A DNA stretch of 64,000 nucleotides from an uncultured Eubacteriales bacterium. GTDB taxonomy: Bacteria > Acidobacteriota > Aminicenantia > Aminicenantales > Aminicenantaceae. This document shows, piece by piece, positions 25,397-35,842 of this stretch. The notes under the pieces were generated by a model that did not search any database, was not told the DNA's origin, and worked only from the letters and a program-made list of their open reading frames with translations. The stretch lies in assembly GCA_964624145.1 (NCBI GenBank), contig CAZUXT010000002.1:86020-150019 (forward strand), written 5' to 3'. How positions within the stretch are numbered: the stretch's first letter is position 1; each line of letters begins with the position of its first letter. The position numbers and the translations under genes were made by a program.

Positions 25397-25885
25397 ATGA
25401 ACCGAGTGGCTGATTTTTTCCGTACAGAGCGAAAAAAACTGGTGAATTACGTCAGAAGCCGCATAGATGATACAGCTGACCGGGATGCGGAAGATATTGT
25501 CCAGGATGTTATGTTGAATATGTTCGATAAAGCGGATATCAGCATTCCCATTGAGAATCTGGCCTCTTATATTTATCAGTCTCTCAGAAACAGGATTGTT
25601 GATCTCTTCAGAAAAAGAAAGGAAGTTGATTCTTTAGAGAAAGTCGTGCAGGATTCAGGTCATGATCCGGGAAAAATCTTTGAAAACAAGGAACTTCAAG
25701 ACATGGTTTTTGAGGCGCTCGAATCACTTAATGCGGATGAACGGAACCTTCTCATGGCCACTGAATTTGACGACAGGTCTTTTAGGGAGCTCTCAGAAGA
25801 ATGGGGAGTTCCGCTGGGAACTCTTTTGGCAAGAAAATCACGGGCCTTGAAAAAAATGAGAAAAAAAATAACCAACATGGTTTAA
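25397..25885 (+). CDS. Sigma-70 family (ECF-like) sigma factor
   Basis: ATG 25397 follows GAGGA. AEDIVQDVMLNMF (region 2) and SFRELSEEWGVPLGTLLARKSRALKKM (region 4 HTH). Confidence 0.8.
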   Translation: MNRVADFFRTERKKLVNYVRSRIDDTADRDAEDIVQDVMLNMFDKADISIPIENLASYIYQSLRNRIVDLFRKRKEVDSLEKVVQDSGHDPGKIFENKELQDMVFEALESLNADERNLLMATEFDDRSFRELSEEWGVPLGTLLARKSRALKKMRKKITNMV

Positions 25886-25899
25886 ATAAGGAGGTTAAA

Positions 25900-26295
25900 A
25901 TGAATCATGAGCCTATGTTTATAAATGCAGGACACAGCCATCACCGCGGGGCAAATGTCCTCCGTATCATCGGAATGGCTTTTATGGGAGTGGTGTTTGC
26001 CGCAGGATTTGCGCTTGTGTTCGGTCTTTTGGTGATGTGGTTGTGGAATTGGCTTATGCCTGCATTGTTCGGATTGGGAGAAATCACTTACTGGCAGGCA
26101 TTCGGAGTTCTGCTCCTCGCTAAGATATTTTTCGGCGGATTCGGTTCCCACAAAAAAGAACCGTCGGACCACTTGATAAACAGAAAAGAGGTCGGTGACC
26201 GGAAGCAGTTCAGACAGTTCTGGAAGGATGAAGGCAAGACCAAATACCAGGAGTATATCCGCAGGAAAGAGGAAGAAAAAGAACCGTCTTTTTAA
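25900..26295 (+). CDS. Small membrane protein (possible cognate anti-sigma/partner)
   Basis: AAGGAGG at 25888-25894, then MNHEPMF... Two predicted TM helices (IIGMAFMGVVFAAGFALVFGLLVMWLW; YWQAFGVLLLAKIFFGGF). Confidence 0.55.
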   Translation: MNHEPMFINAGHSHHRGANVLRIIGMAFMGVVFAAGFALVFGLLVMWLWNWLMPALFGLGEITYWQAFGVLLLAKIFFGGFGSHKKEPSDHLINRKEVGDRKQFRQFWKDEGKTKYQEYIRRKEEEKEPSF

Positions 26296-26372
26296 TTTCA
26301 TTGATTTTGCCCGGTGCTTTCCTGTATATTTCAAACAAGACCCATCAAACCAATGTGAGTTACGGGAGGCAT

Positions 26373-27932
26373 ATGATGTCAAAAAAAATAAGCCGCAGAG
26401 GATTTTTGGGAAGGTGTTCGGCGCTGACAGCGGGGACGCTTCTGTCAGGTTCTGGCGCCCTTACATCCTGTAAAGGGGCCCAAAACAGCCGGACAGGAAC
26501 CGCGGCCCTGAGCGTCAGCCCGGACCCTATGTTTGAATTATCCCCCTACCTTTATATGCAGTTCATGGAACCGCTGGGGACAACGGATACATCCGTGGAT
26601 GCAGCCTGGGATTTCAATCATGACCGCTGGAGGGAGGATGTGGTTGAGATCACCAAAGAGCTGGCCCCAACCATGATCCGCTGGGGAGGTTGTTTTGTTT
26701 CGTATTATAAATGGAAGGAAGGGATAGGGCCTTTGGATAAACGCATTCCCATGGTGAACCAGCTCTGGGGAGGCATCTACAACAACCAGGTCGGGACCCA
26801 TGAATTTGTGGATTTTTGCCGCCAGGTCGGAGCAGAGCCGCTCATTTGCGTGAATTTTGAGTCAGACGGAAGAATGTTCTGGGCTAACTCGACCAAAGGA
26901 AACCGCTTGGGTGATGCCCGGGAAGCCGCAGAATGGGTGGACTACTGCAATAACCCTGCGAACAGGGAAAGGATAAAGAACGGGGCCAATGAGCCTTTGA
27001 ATGTCCGGTGGTGGCAGCTGGGCAACGAGACATCTTATGATGATGAGGGATTTGATTGTGAAAAAACAGCGGTGAAATCACTTGAATTTGCCAGAGCCAT
27101 GCGAAAAGCGGATCCGGATATCATTTTGATCGGATGGGCTGACAGCGGTTGGGCAAAAAGAATAGCCGAAGTAGCCGGTGAGGAACTCCAGTATCTTGCG
27201 TTTCACAACCATTTCGGACCCGGAGGAGAGGACTCCCCTCTCAGGGGTAATGAATGGCGCAAAGACTGGGATAGGACATGGGAGCATTTGATGAAGACCT
27301 GTGAAAGACAGGAATCCAGGATTGCTGAAATGCGTGAAGAAACCGCTGGCATTGGCATCCCCCTTGTCCAGACGGAAGGCCATTTTGCCCTTCCCGGGCG
27401 CAACCGGTGTGAGCTGCTCTCCACCTGGGCCGCTGGAGTGGCCAATGCGCGGATTTTGAATGTAAACGAAAGAAACGGAGATATCCTGAAAATGGCCACC
27501 CTGGCCGATTTTTGCGGCAACCGCTGGCAGAACAATGCGGTTATGATCCCCACTCCGTCAGGGCATTCATTTATGATGCCGGTGGCTATGGTTATGAACC
27601 TGTACCGGATGTATTCAGGAAAGCATGCGGTTCAAATCACCTCTTCACACAAGGACCTGGATGTGACGGCAAGCCGCACCGAAAACAGGTTTTTTCTCCA
27701 TGTTATCAACACAAACCGGAAAAATTCCGTTAAAGCCGGATTTGATGTTGAGGGCATGAGAGTAAAGACAGGGAAAGTGCATTCTATCGCTCTTGATCCT
27801 GAATATGAAGTCTTTGAATACAAGCCTGAGATCACCTCTCCGAAAACGGAAGACCTTCCGGCAGGAAAGGAGTGGGCCTTCCCGGCTTCATCAGTGAGCG
27901 CGGTTGAACTGGAAGTGGAAGAAGAGGCATAG
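26373..27932 (+). CDS. GH51-like glycoside hydrolase (alpha-L-arabinofuranosidase-like) with Tat-type signal
   Basis: GGAGG, then MMSKKISRRGFLGRCSALTAGTLL. IRWGGCFVSYYKWKEGIGP and WWQLGNE blocks are typical of GH51/clan GH-A. Confidence 0.65.
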   Translation: MMSKKISRRGFLGRCSALTAGTLLSGSGALTSCKGAQNSRTGTAALSVSPDPMFELSPYLYMQFMEPLGTTDTSVDAAWDFNHDRWREDVVEITKELAPTMIRWGGCFVSYYKWKEGIGPLDKRIPMVNQLWGGIYNNQVGTHEFVDFCRQVGAEPLICVNFESDGRMFWANSTKGNRLGDAREAAEWVDYCNNPANRERIKNGANEPLNVRWWQLGNETSYDDEGFDCEKTAVKSLEFARAMRKADPDIILIGWADSGWAKRIAEVAGEELQYLAFHNHFGPGGEDSPLRGNEWRKDWDRTWEHLMKTCERQESRIAEMREETAGIGIPLVQTEGHFALPGRNRCELLSTWAAGVANARILNVNERNGDILKMATLADFCGNRWQNNAVMIPTPSGHSFMMPVAMVMNLYRMYSGKHAVQITSSHKDLDVTASRTENRFFLHVINTNRKNSVKAGFDVEGMRVKTGKVHSIALDPEYEVFEYKPEITSPKTEDLPAGKEWAFPASSVSAVELEVEEEA

Positions 27933-27933
27933 G

Positions 27934-29070
27934 ATGAAAAGAACTCAAATTTTTTCGATTTTCCCCTTGGCCCTGGCCTTGTCCCTTATCATCTGTTCAG
28001 GATGCCAGAAAAAAGAAGCTGGATCTCAGGATGAGGCCCATGAACTGGATTCTTTTTTGATAACAAAACAGGAACTGACACTGGAATACAGCCATTCTCC
28101 AGGGGAACGGCGGCTTTCTTTCGGAAAGACGCAGCTGTCCCCGGAGGGATGGAAGGAAAAGACCCGGACAAAACTAGCCCAGATGCTGCAGGTCTCTGAA
28201 CCTGAGCCCCGTGAGGTCAAAGAGCAGCGCTCCACTGAATTTAAGGGCGTGAGCATTCGTGCCCTGGTCATGAAGGTCAACGAGGGCCTCACGATCCCTG
28301 CGTATCTGCTGGCTCCTGCTGATAGAGCGCCGGATAAAAGCGCTGTCATGGCCATTCACGGCCACGGATCTGTTGAGCCGTGCATTGGGCTGAGGGACGA
28401 TTACCACCATTTTTTTGCCCTGGAGCTGGCCAAAGACGGCCATCTTGTCTTAGCACCCGAACTCCGGGGATTCAGCACTCTGAACGACCTGGCATACGGT
28501 ATTGACATCAACCGCCTGGATTACTGGATTGGAGGATACAGTCAATTCACTTTAGTTACGGATGCGTTTCTTTACGGGGACAGTGTGATAGGCCAGACAG
28601 TGACGGACCTGCTTTGCTGGGAAGAGTGGCTGTTCAGCCATTATGATGTGGAGGAACTGGATGTCACAGGGATTTCATACGGAGGAGACCTGGCCATCAT
28701 CTATCCCGCTTTAAGTAAAAGAGTCAGAAGGATCTTTGCCAGCGGCACCATGGGTTCCTTTTCCGTTATCTTTCAAAGGTGTTACAATGCCCCGGCTCAC
28801 TGCATCCCTAACATACTCCAGTGGATGGATAGGAGCGATATTGCCGGGCTGAGCGCACCGTGTCCCATTGTGGTACATTTCGGAGAGCTGGACACTCCAA
28901 GCCCGACCAATGCCTCAGCCTCATATAATGAAACAGTCCCCCGGTCCATGGAGGAACTCCGTGCCATCTACAGGGCTTTTGGGGCTGAAGAGGCTGTCAC
29001 TCTCCTTGTCTCTCCCGGGTCCCATCACGAAATGGATATCCCTGCCTTACTGAAATTTTTGAGTGAATGA
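27934..29070 (+). CDS. Alpha/beta-hydrolase (esterase-like) lipoprotein
   Basis: ATG 1 nt after the GH51-like stop. Signal with lipobox ICSGC. Nucleophile elbow GISYGG. Confidence 0.65.
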   Translation: MKRTQIFSIFPLALALSLIICSGCQKKEAGSQDEAHELDSFLITKQELTLEYSHSPGERRLSFGKTQLSPEGWKEKTRTKLAQMLQVSEPEPREVKEQRSTEFKGVSIRALVMKVNEGLTIPAYLLAPADRAPDKSAVMAIHGHGSVEPCIGLRDDYHHFFALELAKDGHLVLAPELRGFSTLNDLAYGIDINRLDYWIGGYSQFTLVTDAFLYGDSVIGQTVTDLLCWEEWLFSHYDVEELDVTGISYGGDLAIIYPALSKRVRRIFASGTMGSFSVIFQRCYNAPAHCIPNILQWMDRSDIAGLSAPCPIVVHFGELDTPSPTNASASYNETVPRSMEELRAIYRAFGAEEAVTLLVSPGSHHEMDIPALLKFLSE

Positions 29071-31781
29071 TAAGCAAAGAAAATCCCATGCCTGATTTTT
29101 TAGTGAGTCAGCCATGGGCTCGCACGCCGGAAGAGATGCTTAGACAGCTTGGTGTATCTGAAAGACAAGGCCTGAGCGCTTCTGAAGTCAAAAAAAGAAA
29201 GGCCAGATACGGGCCCAACCGGCTTAGAGAAACGAAAAAAAAGAGCGCCTGGGCCATATGGGCCAATCAGTTTAAAAGCCTTATCATCGGTCTGCTTCTT
29301 ACAGCCTCTGTTTTATCCTTTGCTTTTAATGAAATTATTGAGGGGATAGCTATAGCGGCTGTGATTGTTATCAATGCGCTTATCGGATTCATTACCGAGT
29401 TAAAGGCGGTCCGTTCCATGGAGGCTTTAAAGAAATTAGGCGGAGTGACGGCCAGAGTTCGACGTGAAGGGAATGTACAGGAAATTCATGCAGAGGAAAT
29501 GGTCCCGGGGGATATCGTGATCTTTGAGGGCGGAGATGTGGTGACAGCGGACATCCGTCTTTTTGAAGCCTCCAAGCTTCAGGCGGACGAATCCACTCTT
29601 ACGGGGGAATCCGTGCCCGTTGGCAAAGAACCAGGGCTTTTGGAAAAAGAGGCTCTTCTGGCGGAAAGACACAATATGCTTTTCAAGGGAACGTCTCTGA
29701 CCCGGGGATCAGGGGAAGGTGTGGTCGTCCGTACAGGGATGGATACAGAGCTGGGACAGATCTCATCCCTAGTGGAAGAAGCAGGAGAGGAGACCACGTT
29801 GCTGGAAAGACAGCTGAACAGACTGGGGCACAAATTGATCTGGATAACCCTGGTGATCGCCGTATTGGTTGCGGCCAGCGGAATTTTGGGAGGCAAAGCC
29901 GTGTTTTTGATGATAGAAACCTCTATCGCCCTGGCCATTGCAGCCATTCCGGAGGGGCTTCCGATTGTGGCGACGATTGCGCTTGCAAGAGGGATGTGGC
30001 GGATGGCCAGGAGGAACGCCTTGATCAACAGACTCTCAGCCGTAGAAACACTGGGTTCGACAAACATAATCTTTACGGACAAAACCGGCACTCTCACTGA
30101 AAACAGAATGACGGTGACTCAAATCCGGCTTGAATCAGGATTGGTCAGCATTAATAAAGAATTTTTCAAGCGGGGCGAATCCATTGATCCTTTGAATGAC
30201 AGGCCTCTGAAACTGGCGTTAGAGACCGGCCTGCTGTGCAATAATGCATCTCTGTCAGGAGATGATTTCTATGAAGAAGACAAAGCCGTTGGAGAACCCC
30301 TGGAAGCGGCGCTTCTGGTTGCTGCCGCCAAAGCCGGACTCAACAGGAATGAAATCATTGAAAGCCTTCCGGAATCGAGGGAGGTTGCTTTTGATACAGA
30401 TGTCATGATGATGGCCACTTATCACAAACACGAAAAAAATTATCGAGTGGCTGTAAAGGGAGCGCCGGAGTCAGTCATCGGGGCCTGCCTGTTTGTCCAG
30501 ACAGAAGAGGACCGGATGGGGATGAGCGATCAGGAACGCAAGTACTGGATTGAAAAAAACAATCAAATGGCTGCAGAGGGGCTCAGGGTCCTGGCTTTGG
30601 CGACCAAAGAAGTTGATTCTGTTGAAGCCCAGCCTTATGAAGGCCTTACTTGTATCGGACTTGTTGGCATGCAGGATCCGGCGCGGGAAGATGTAGCGGA
30701 CGCCATCAGATCCTGTAAAAAAGCGGGCTTAAGGGTCATAATGGCAACGGGTGACCAGGAAAGAACAGCGCGTAATATCGGGCTGGCCGTCGGTATAATA
30801 AGCGGAAAGAATGCCGAGGTCATTCATGGAGGCGAACTTCAAAATCTCGATGAATGGGAGAGTGAAGAAAAACTTCAGCATATTCTCAGATCATCGATCT
30901 TTGCCCGGATCAGTCCGAAACAGAAGCTGGACCTTATCGACCTCTTTCAGAAAAACGGTTTCACCGTGGCTATGACCGGTGACGGAGTGAATGACGCGCC
31001 GGCGCTTAAAAAGGCAGATATCGGAGTCGCTATGGGAAAGCGTGGCTCTCAGGTAGCCCGTGAAGCGTCAGACATGGTTCTTAAGGATGATGCGTTTTCG
31101 ACCATTGTTTCCGCTGTTGAGCAGGGAAGAGTGATCTTTAATAATATAAGAAGGTTTGTTATCTATCTTCTCTCATGCAATATCAGTGAAATCATGACGG
31201 TCTTTCTCGCATCCATGGTGAGCGCTCCCCTGCCCATCCTGCCGCTGCAAATCTTGTTTCTCAATTTTGTGACAGATGTCTTTCCGGCACTGGCCCTCGG
31301 TGCAGGCGAAGGAGATCCGGACATAATGAGGCATCCTCCCCGTGATTCTAAAGAACCGATCATTACCCGGCGGGGCTGGATTTTGATAGGGGGATATGGA
31401 TTCGTCATAACAGCTTCGGTTCTCGGGGCACTGGCCTTGGCGCTTCATTGTTTTGGTATGGCTGAAAAAAGAGCTGTGACCGTTTCGTTTTTGACGCTGG
31501 CTTTTGCTCAATTGTGGCATGTATTCAATATGCGGGATAAAGGTTCACATGTGCTTGTTAATGACATCACCCGAAATTTTTATATTTGGGGAGCCTTGCT
31601 GCTGTGCGGAGCGCTGCTTCTTCTGGCGGTTTATGTGCCTGTACTGGCATCTGTTCTGAAGTTGGTTCATCCTGGCCTCAAAGGCTGGATTTTGATTTTG
31701 GGAATGAGCTTTGTACCGTATTTGATAGGGCAGCTCTCCCTCGTGTTTAGAGGGAAGCGGGGAAACAGGGAGGTTACTTGA
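29067..31781 (+). CDS. P-type cation-transporting ATPase (type II, Ca2+/Mg2+-like)
   Basis: [11 protein letters not shown] phosphorylation site, [31 protein letters not shown], about 10 TM helices. The start overlaps the upstream stop (ATGA). Confidence 0.9.
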   Translation: MISKENPMPDFLVSQPWARTPEEMLRQLGVSERQGLSASEVKKRKARYGPNRLRETKKKSAWAIWANQFKSLIIGLLLTASVLSFAFNEIIEGIAIAAVIVINALIGFITELKAVRSMEALKKLGGVTARVRREGNVQEIHAEEMVPGDIVIFEGGDVVTADIRLFEASKLQADESTLTGESVPVGKEPGLLEKEALLAERHNMLFKGTSLTRGSGEGVVVRTGMDTELGQISSLVEEAGEETTLLERQLNRLGHKLIWITLVIAVLVAASGILGGKAVFLMIETSIALAIAAIPEGLPIVATIALARGMWRMARRNALINRLSAVETLGSTNIIFTDKTGTLTENRMTVTQIRLESGLVSINKEFFKRGESIDPLNDRPLKLALETGLLCNNASLSGDDFYEEDKAVGEPLEAALLVAAAKAGLNRNEIIESLPESREVAFDTDVMMMATYHKHEKNYRVAVKGAPESVIGACLFVQTEEDRMGMSDQERKYWIEKNNQMAAEGLRVLALATKEVDSVEAQPYEGLTCIGLVGMQDPAREDVADAIRSCKKAGLRVIMATGDQERTARNIGLAVGIISGKNAEVIHGGELQNLDEWESEEKLQHILRSSIFARISPKQKLDLIDLFQKNGFTVAMTGDGVNDAPALKKADIGVAMGKRGSQVAREASDMVLKDDAFSTIVSAVEQGRVIFNNIRRFVIYLLSCNISEIMTVFLASMVSAPLPILPLQILFLNFVTDVFPALALGAGEGDPDIMRHPPRDSKEPIITRRGWILIGGYGFVITASVLGALALALHCFGMAEKRAVTVSFLTLAFAQLWHVFNMRDKGSHVLVNDITRNFYIWGALLLCGALLLLAVYVPVLASVLKLVHPGLKGWILILGMSFVPYLIGQLSLVFRGKRGNREVT

Positions 31782-32502
31782 CTTCGAGCACCTCTCCGGT
31801 CTGGGCATGAATGGTAGCAGATGCCGGTCTCCCGTCGATCTCTAATGTTAACCGCCAGGTCGGTTTGTTTATCCAATTAGGCGGAGTATAGAACTGTTTC
31901 ACGAAACACTCAATCCTTTTCGCCGTACTGACATCTACTTTGTCTCCATATTTATTTTCCAGAGCCGTAAGGCACTTGTCAAAAGCCTCCTTACCGCTCA
32001 TCCGGTTATCCGGAAGAAAAGCATGGCAGTCCTTTGTATAGGAGATGTCTTCAGGTGTTTCCTTTTTTTCTGCAGAAACGATTTTTCCTCCCAGCATGAG
32101 GACCACGAATTTTTTTCCGTGTTCTCTGCTGGGTGTGTTATCCTGGTCTTCCCTGACAGCGAAATAGGCAGTCCACTGCTTAGCTGTTCCATCAGGCTTT
32201 AAAGATTCCTCCCCTTCAAGGGAATAGAGTTTGGCTTTACTGTCCCATTTTTTCGCTTCTTTTTGCGCCATATTGACAGCGGCCCGGTCGTCCATGGCTT
32301 TGATTTTATCCTGCATTTTTTTTATTTTATCCTGGACTAACCGTGCGACCTGTTCCTTCTTTTTAGAGGCCGCTTCAGTGGAAGAGGCTGCCGCCTCATC
32401 ACCGCTTGAAGGTTGAGCATTCTCCCTTCCGCCGCAGCTGTTTGATAACATGAATCCAATAATCATGAATAATCCCAGAAATAATGTCGCATGTTTTTTC
32501 AT
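31774..32502 (-). CDS. Hypothetical lipoprotein
   Basis: AAGGAG SD; MKKHATLFLGLFMIIGFMLSNSCGG lipobox. The 3' end overlaps the convergent ATPase gene by 8 nt. Confidence 0.6.
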   Translation of the reverse strand: MKKHATLFLGLFMIIGFMLSNSCGGRENAQPSSGDEAAASSTEAASKKKEQVARLVQDKIKKMQDKIKAMDDRAAVNMAQKEAKKWDSKAKLYSLEGEESLKPDGTAKQWTAYFAVREDQDNTPSREHGKKFVVLMLGGKIVSAEKKETPEDISYTKDCHAFLPDNRMSGKEAFDKCLTALENKYGDKVDVSTAKRIECFVKQFYTPPNWINKPTWRLTLEIDGRPASATIHAQTGEVLEVK

Positions 32503-32608
32503 ATCGACTCCTTCTCTTTTAAGGAAATTATAGGCAATAGATCTGTCCTGTCAATGAATGATACAGAGAGGAAGAATTTTATTCGGGAAGGTACCGGCCT
32601 GCCGGGAC

Positions 32609-33496
32609 CTAATTGTGAGAAAGACCGGGAAGGCCCTTCTGGGAAGCTTTTATGCCGGACTTGCTTGGATCAAGGCCTGAATATTCCAGTTCCATCTCTA
32701 TGAGTTCTTTGTTCTGGTAAAGGCTTAGGCAGATTCTGGTTTCTATGTTCTCCCAGCAGGTTGTTTGCAAAAGAAGAAGAGAGTCAGGATAACCGCTGCC
32801 CTTCATGGAAAGGGTCCTGTCCATCGTGTCCTGCCTGGATGCTCTCTCCTCTTTAGGATTACCGTATCTCTGGGTCAGGGCACTTTTTATTAAGACGTGG
32901 TCTTCTCTATTCAGGGATTTCTCAAGATATTTTTCAGAAACATAATACACGGCTCTGACCAAATTGTCCTGGGAAAAGAAATAGGTCAGGAGGCATCTCC
33001 TATCCATAAGTTCTGCATCATATTTTAGAGTTGTTGATTCACCTGTGTCTTTTCTGTCTAATGGAGGCCCTTCGTTAAGCATGACCTGTTCCTGATTCAT
33101 CCCCCAGTGAATATTTCTGAAGCGGGATCCATATCCATATTTGTTTGTCTCGGTTGATCCTTTATCTATGACAATCACTTTGGTCACACGGAACAGCTTT
33201 TTCACTGCACAATCCGGTATATACCCGGACGATGTAAAGCCCGAATCCTTGAGATTAAAGTAGATATAATACCAGCGGGATTTTATTTTTAGAGAAGAGG
33301 CTAAAGTGACCACATCTCCCCTATTTAAGAGGCCGATTACCTGACTGGCTGTATCCGGCTTAAGGTAGATGCTGGCTTTATCTGCGGTAATCTCAAGTTT
33401 TTTATTGTAAGCACCGGATGTGCCCTGGATGAGGAGGAAAAGAAGCAAAGCACAAAGCACGCACCGAACCCTTCCTTTTGCTTTGTGTGTCATCAT
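32609..33496 (-). CDS. Hypothetical secreted protein with SH3b-like N-domain
   Basis: Signal peptide ...LIQGTSGA. ASIYLKPDTASQVIGLLNRGDVVTL resembles bacterial SH3 domains. Confidence 0.5.
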   Translation of the reverse strand: MMTHKAKGRVRCVLCALLLFLLIQGTSGAYNKKLEITADKASIYLKPDTASQVIGLLNRGDVVTLASSLKIKSRWYYIYFNLKDSGFTSSGYIPDCAVKKLFRVTKVIVIDKGSTETNKYGYGSRFRNIHWGMNQEQVMLNEGPPLDRKDTGESTTLKYDAELMDRRCLLTYFFSQDNLVRAVYYVSEKYLEKSLNREDHVLIKSALTQRYGNPKEERASRQDTMDRTLSMKGSGYPDSLLLLQTTCWENIETRICLSLYQNKELIEMELEYSGLDPSKSGIKASQKGLPGLSHN

Positions 33497-33648
33497 CTGT
33501 TACCACTTCCTATTATCTTAAACAATATTTTTGAGATTTCAATCGCCATATGTGATGATTTTTTCAGGAAGAAAATCCTCTTTAAAGGTGATGTTTGACC
33601 GGGGATCTAACCCTGGAGTTTCATATCAGATAGAATGATTGAATTTTT

Positions 33649-34994
33649 TCAGCGAAGGTATCCCAGGGATTTAAGCGCTTCGGTCTCTTTTTGGGACAAT
33701 TTGGATGTTTCGTTTTGTTTGTTATCCAGATACCCATGTTTTTTATAAAATTTATCGTACTCTGCGTCCATGAAATCAAACAGCTTCTTTTTATCTTTAT
33801 ACAGGTTTTCTTTCTGGAAGGGATCCTCGAGGTCATTGAAAAGATAATGGCTGTCTGTATTGAGCCTTTTCGAAAAGGCGGGTTTTATCCTTACGGAATG
33901 ATATTTATGATGGACCACAGCCCTTGATTTATTGCAGCCGTATATGAATATCATTCTATTCTTGGTTTCCTTGAACAAAGGGATTCCTTGAATTTCATAA
34001 GGAGGGGAAAGGCCTACTTTATCCAAAATTGTGGGATAGACGTCCATTAGGCTCACAGGATATTTCAGGCGTCTCCCTTTTTCTTCAGGGAGCCTTATTA
34101 TCAGGGGGACTCTGGCACTCGCATTGAAAGTAAGAGGGCCGTGACTGTAATAATAATTATGTTCTCCCAGATCCTCTCCGTGGTCAGCGCTGAAGATGAT
34201 GATGGAATTCTTGTGATACCCTTTTTCATAAATGAGATTGAAGATTTTCCCCATCTCCGAGTCTATGTATTTGACAGCTCCGTCATAGAGGGATAGAAAA
34301 TACCCTTCGTTCGTATTTTTATCCAATTTGACATTGCCCGTTCCGATAAATTTATTTTTTACTTTTTTCAGATCTCTCCCTTCGGGTCTTTTTTCCACAA
34401 ACTTTTCCGGGGGGATATAAGGGGTATGGGGTTCCAGGTAATTGGCCCATAAAAAGAAGGGCTTGTTTTTCTTTTTTTTAAGGAAATCCATGATGGTTTT
34501 TGTGATAAAAGGAGTTGATTCCTTTTTTTCTTCAATCTCGTCCCATACTTCTATGTATTCATCAAATCCCTGGTTAAAGTTATATTTTTTGCCAGGTTCG
34601 TGTTATCGACGACAGCAAAGTTTTGATAGCCCTTCATTTTAAGTATTTCAGCCAGGGTGATATGTCTCGGGTCAAGAGAATCCATGATCGGTCTCGTTTT
34701 ATGGACAAAAGGATGAAGTCCTGTCATAAAGGATGCGTATGACGCAGATGTTTTTGGCACCGGGCAGTATGCAAATTCAAAGAGAAGCGACTTTTCAGCA
34801 AATGCATCGATGTTAGGGGACGTATGATATTCATATCCGTATGTTGACAGATGATCGGCTCTAAGGGTATCAATAGTGATGATAATGATGTTTAAATTGT
34901 CAGTTTGTTTTCGGCCGGCTTTATCACAGTGGACAAGGAATGCGGTCAACAACATGATGAGGAAAATATAGAAAAGACACTTTTTCATATGCAA
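33649..34994 (-). pseudogene. Sulfatase-like hydrolase/transferase, interrupted by a frameshift in a homopolymer
   Basis: The N-terminal ORF (34551-34994) has IIITIDTLRADHLSTYGY...TSASYASFMTGLHP. The C-terminal ORF (33649-34491) has FLWANYLEPHTPY...FSADHGEDLGEH. Shifting frame at the run of 6 T (34585-34590, A6 on the coding strand) gives the continuous reading LAKKYNFNQGFDEYIEVWDEIEEKKESTPFITKTIMDFLKKKK. Confidence 0.8.
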
Positions 34995-35170
34995 TTTTTA
35001 TCAGATATGAATTTTTAAGTCAATGAAACAGGGAGGGCAAAACATCCGCACAAATGAAATAAGAATGACTGTTCGTTGGTGTGAGTTAAATGGATAATAA
35101 GATACAATTCTGTATCTTTAGAGACACAGCTTTGATATAATGAAACGCACAGGATACAGAGAGGAACAAA

Positions 35171-35794
35171 ATGGAATGGAGTAAAGTTCTTCCCGCTGTC
35201 GTAGCGGTTTTGGCTGCCTTTTTGCTACCGCTTGTTTTTTCCAAACGCAGTAAAGAGAGTGGGAAAAAAATAAGCAGCCACTCTCAGAATCTTCATAGAC
35301 TTGGGATTGAGTTTGAGAAAATAGAAAAAGGGGATGGAAGCATTGAGTTTATTAAAAAATTATCTTGGGGACAAAAAGCAGAAGATATTTTTAAGATAAA
35401 AAATAAGAATATTGATTTTATTTTTCTCATAAGTGAAACCAGTCAGTATGGAGTGAACTATTCTTTGGATTATATTATCCGGAACACATTCAATGTAAGG
35501 GACGAGCCTATCAGGAATACCAGAATGAAGCTGATAAAGGATTCCTTAATTGGAGGAAAGACTGTCGATGTTCTATGGAAAGGCGACGCCTATCTTTCGC
35601 AAAAGCTTAATATGGATTATGCGTTAAAGGACAAACTGAAGAATACGGGATTAAGGGAATTGAAACTGAGTCTAAAAATAATACCGGAAAAAAAACATGG
35701 TTACACCAGAATAAAAACAAATTTTGTCTCCCCATCACAGGATTTGCTCTTTTTTATTGATTCCATTGCAGGACATATAAAGACGGGGTTTTGA
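35171..35794 (+). CDS. Hypothetical membrane-anchored protein
   Basis: 207 aa with an N-terminal TM (VLPAVVAVLAAFLLPLVF). No recognisable motif. Confidence 0.5.
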   Translation: MEWSKVLPAVVAVLAAFLLPLVFSKRSKESGKKISSHSQNLHRLGIEFEKIEKGDGSIEFIKKLSWGQKAEDIFKIKNKNIDFIFLISETSQYGVNYSLDYIIRNTFNVRDEPIRNTRMKLIKDSLIGGKTVDVLWKGDAYLSQKLNMDYALKDKLKNTGLRELKLSLKIIPEKKHGYTRIKTNFVSPSQDLLFFIDSIAGHIKTGF

Positions 35795-35842
35795 GGAGAG
35801 CCGCAGGGCAGTGACGGGTCATCAAATAAAAACAGACCATTT

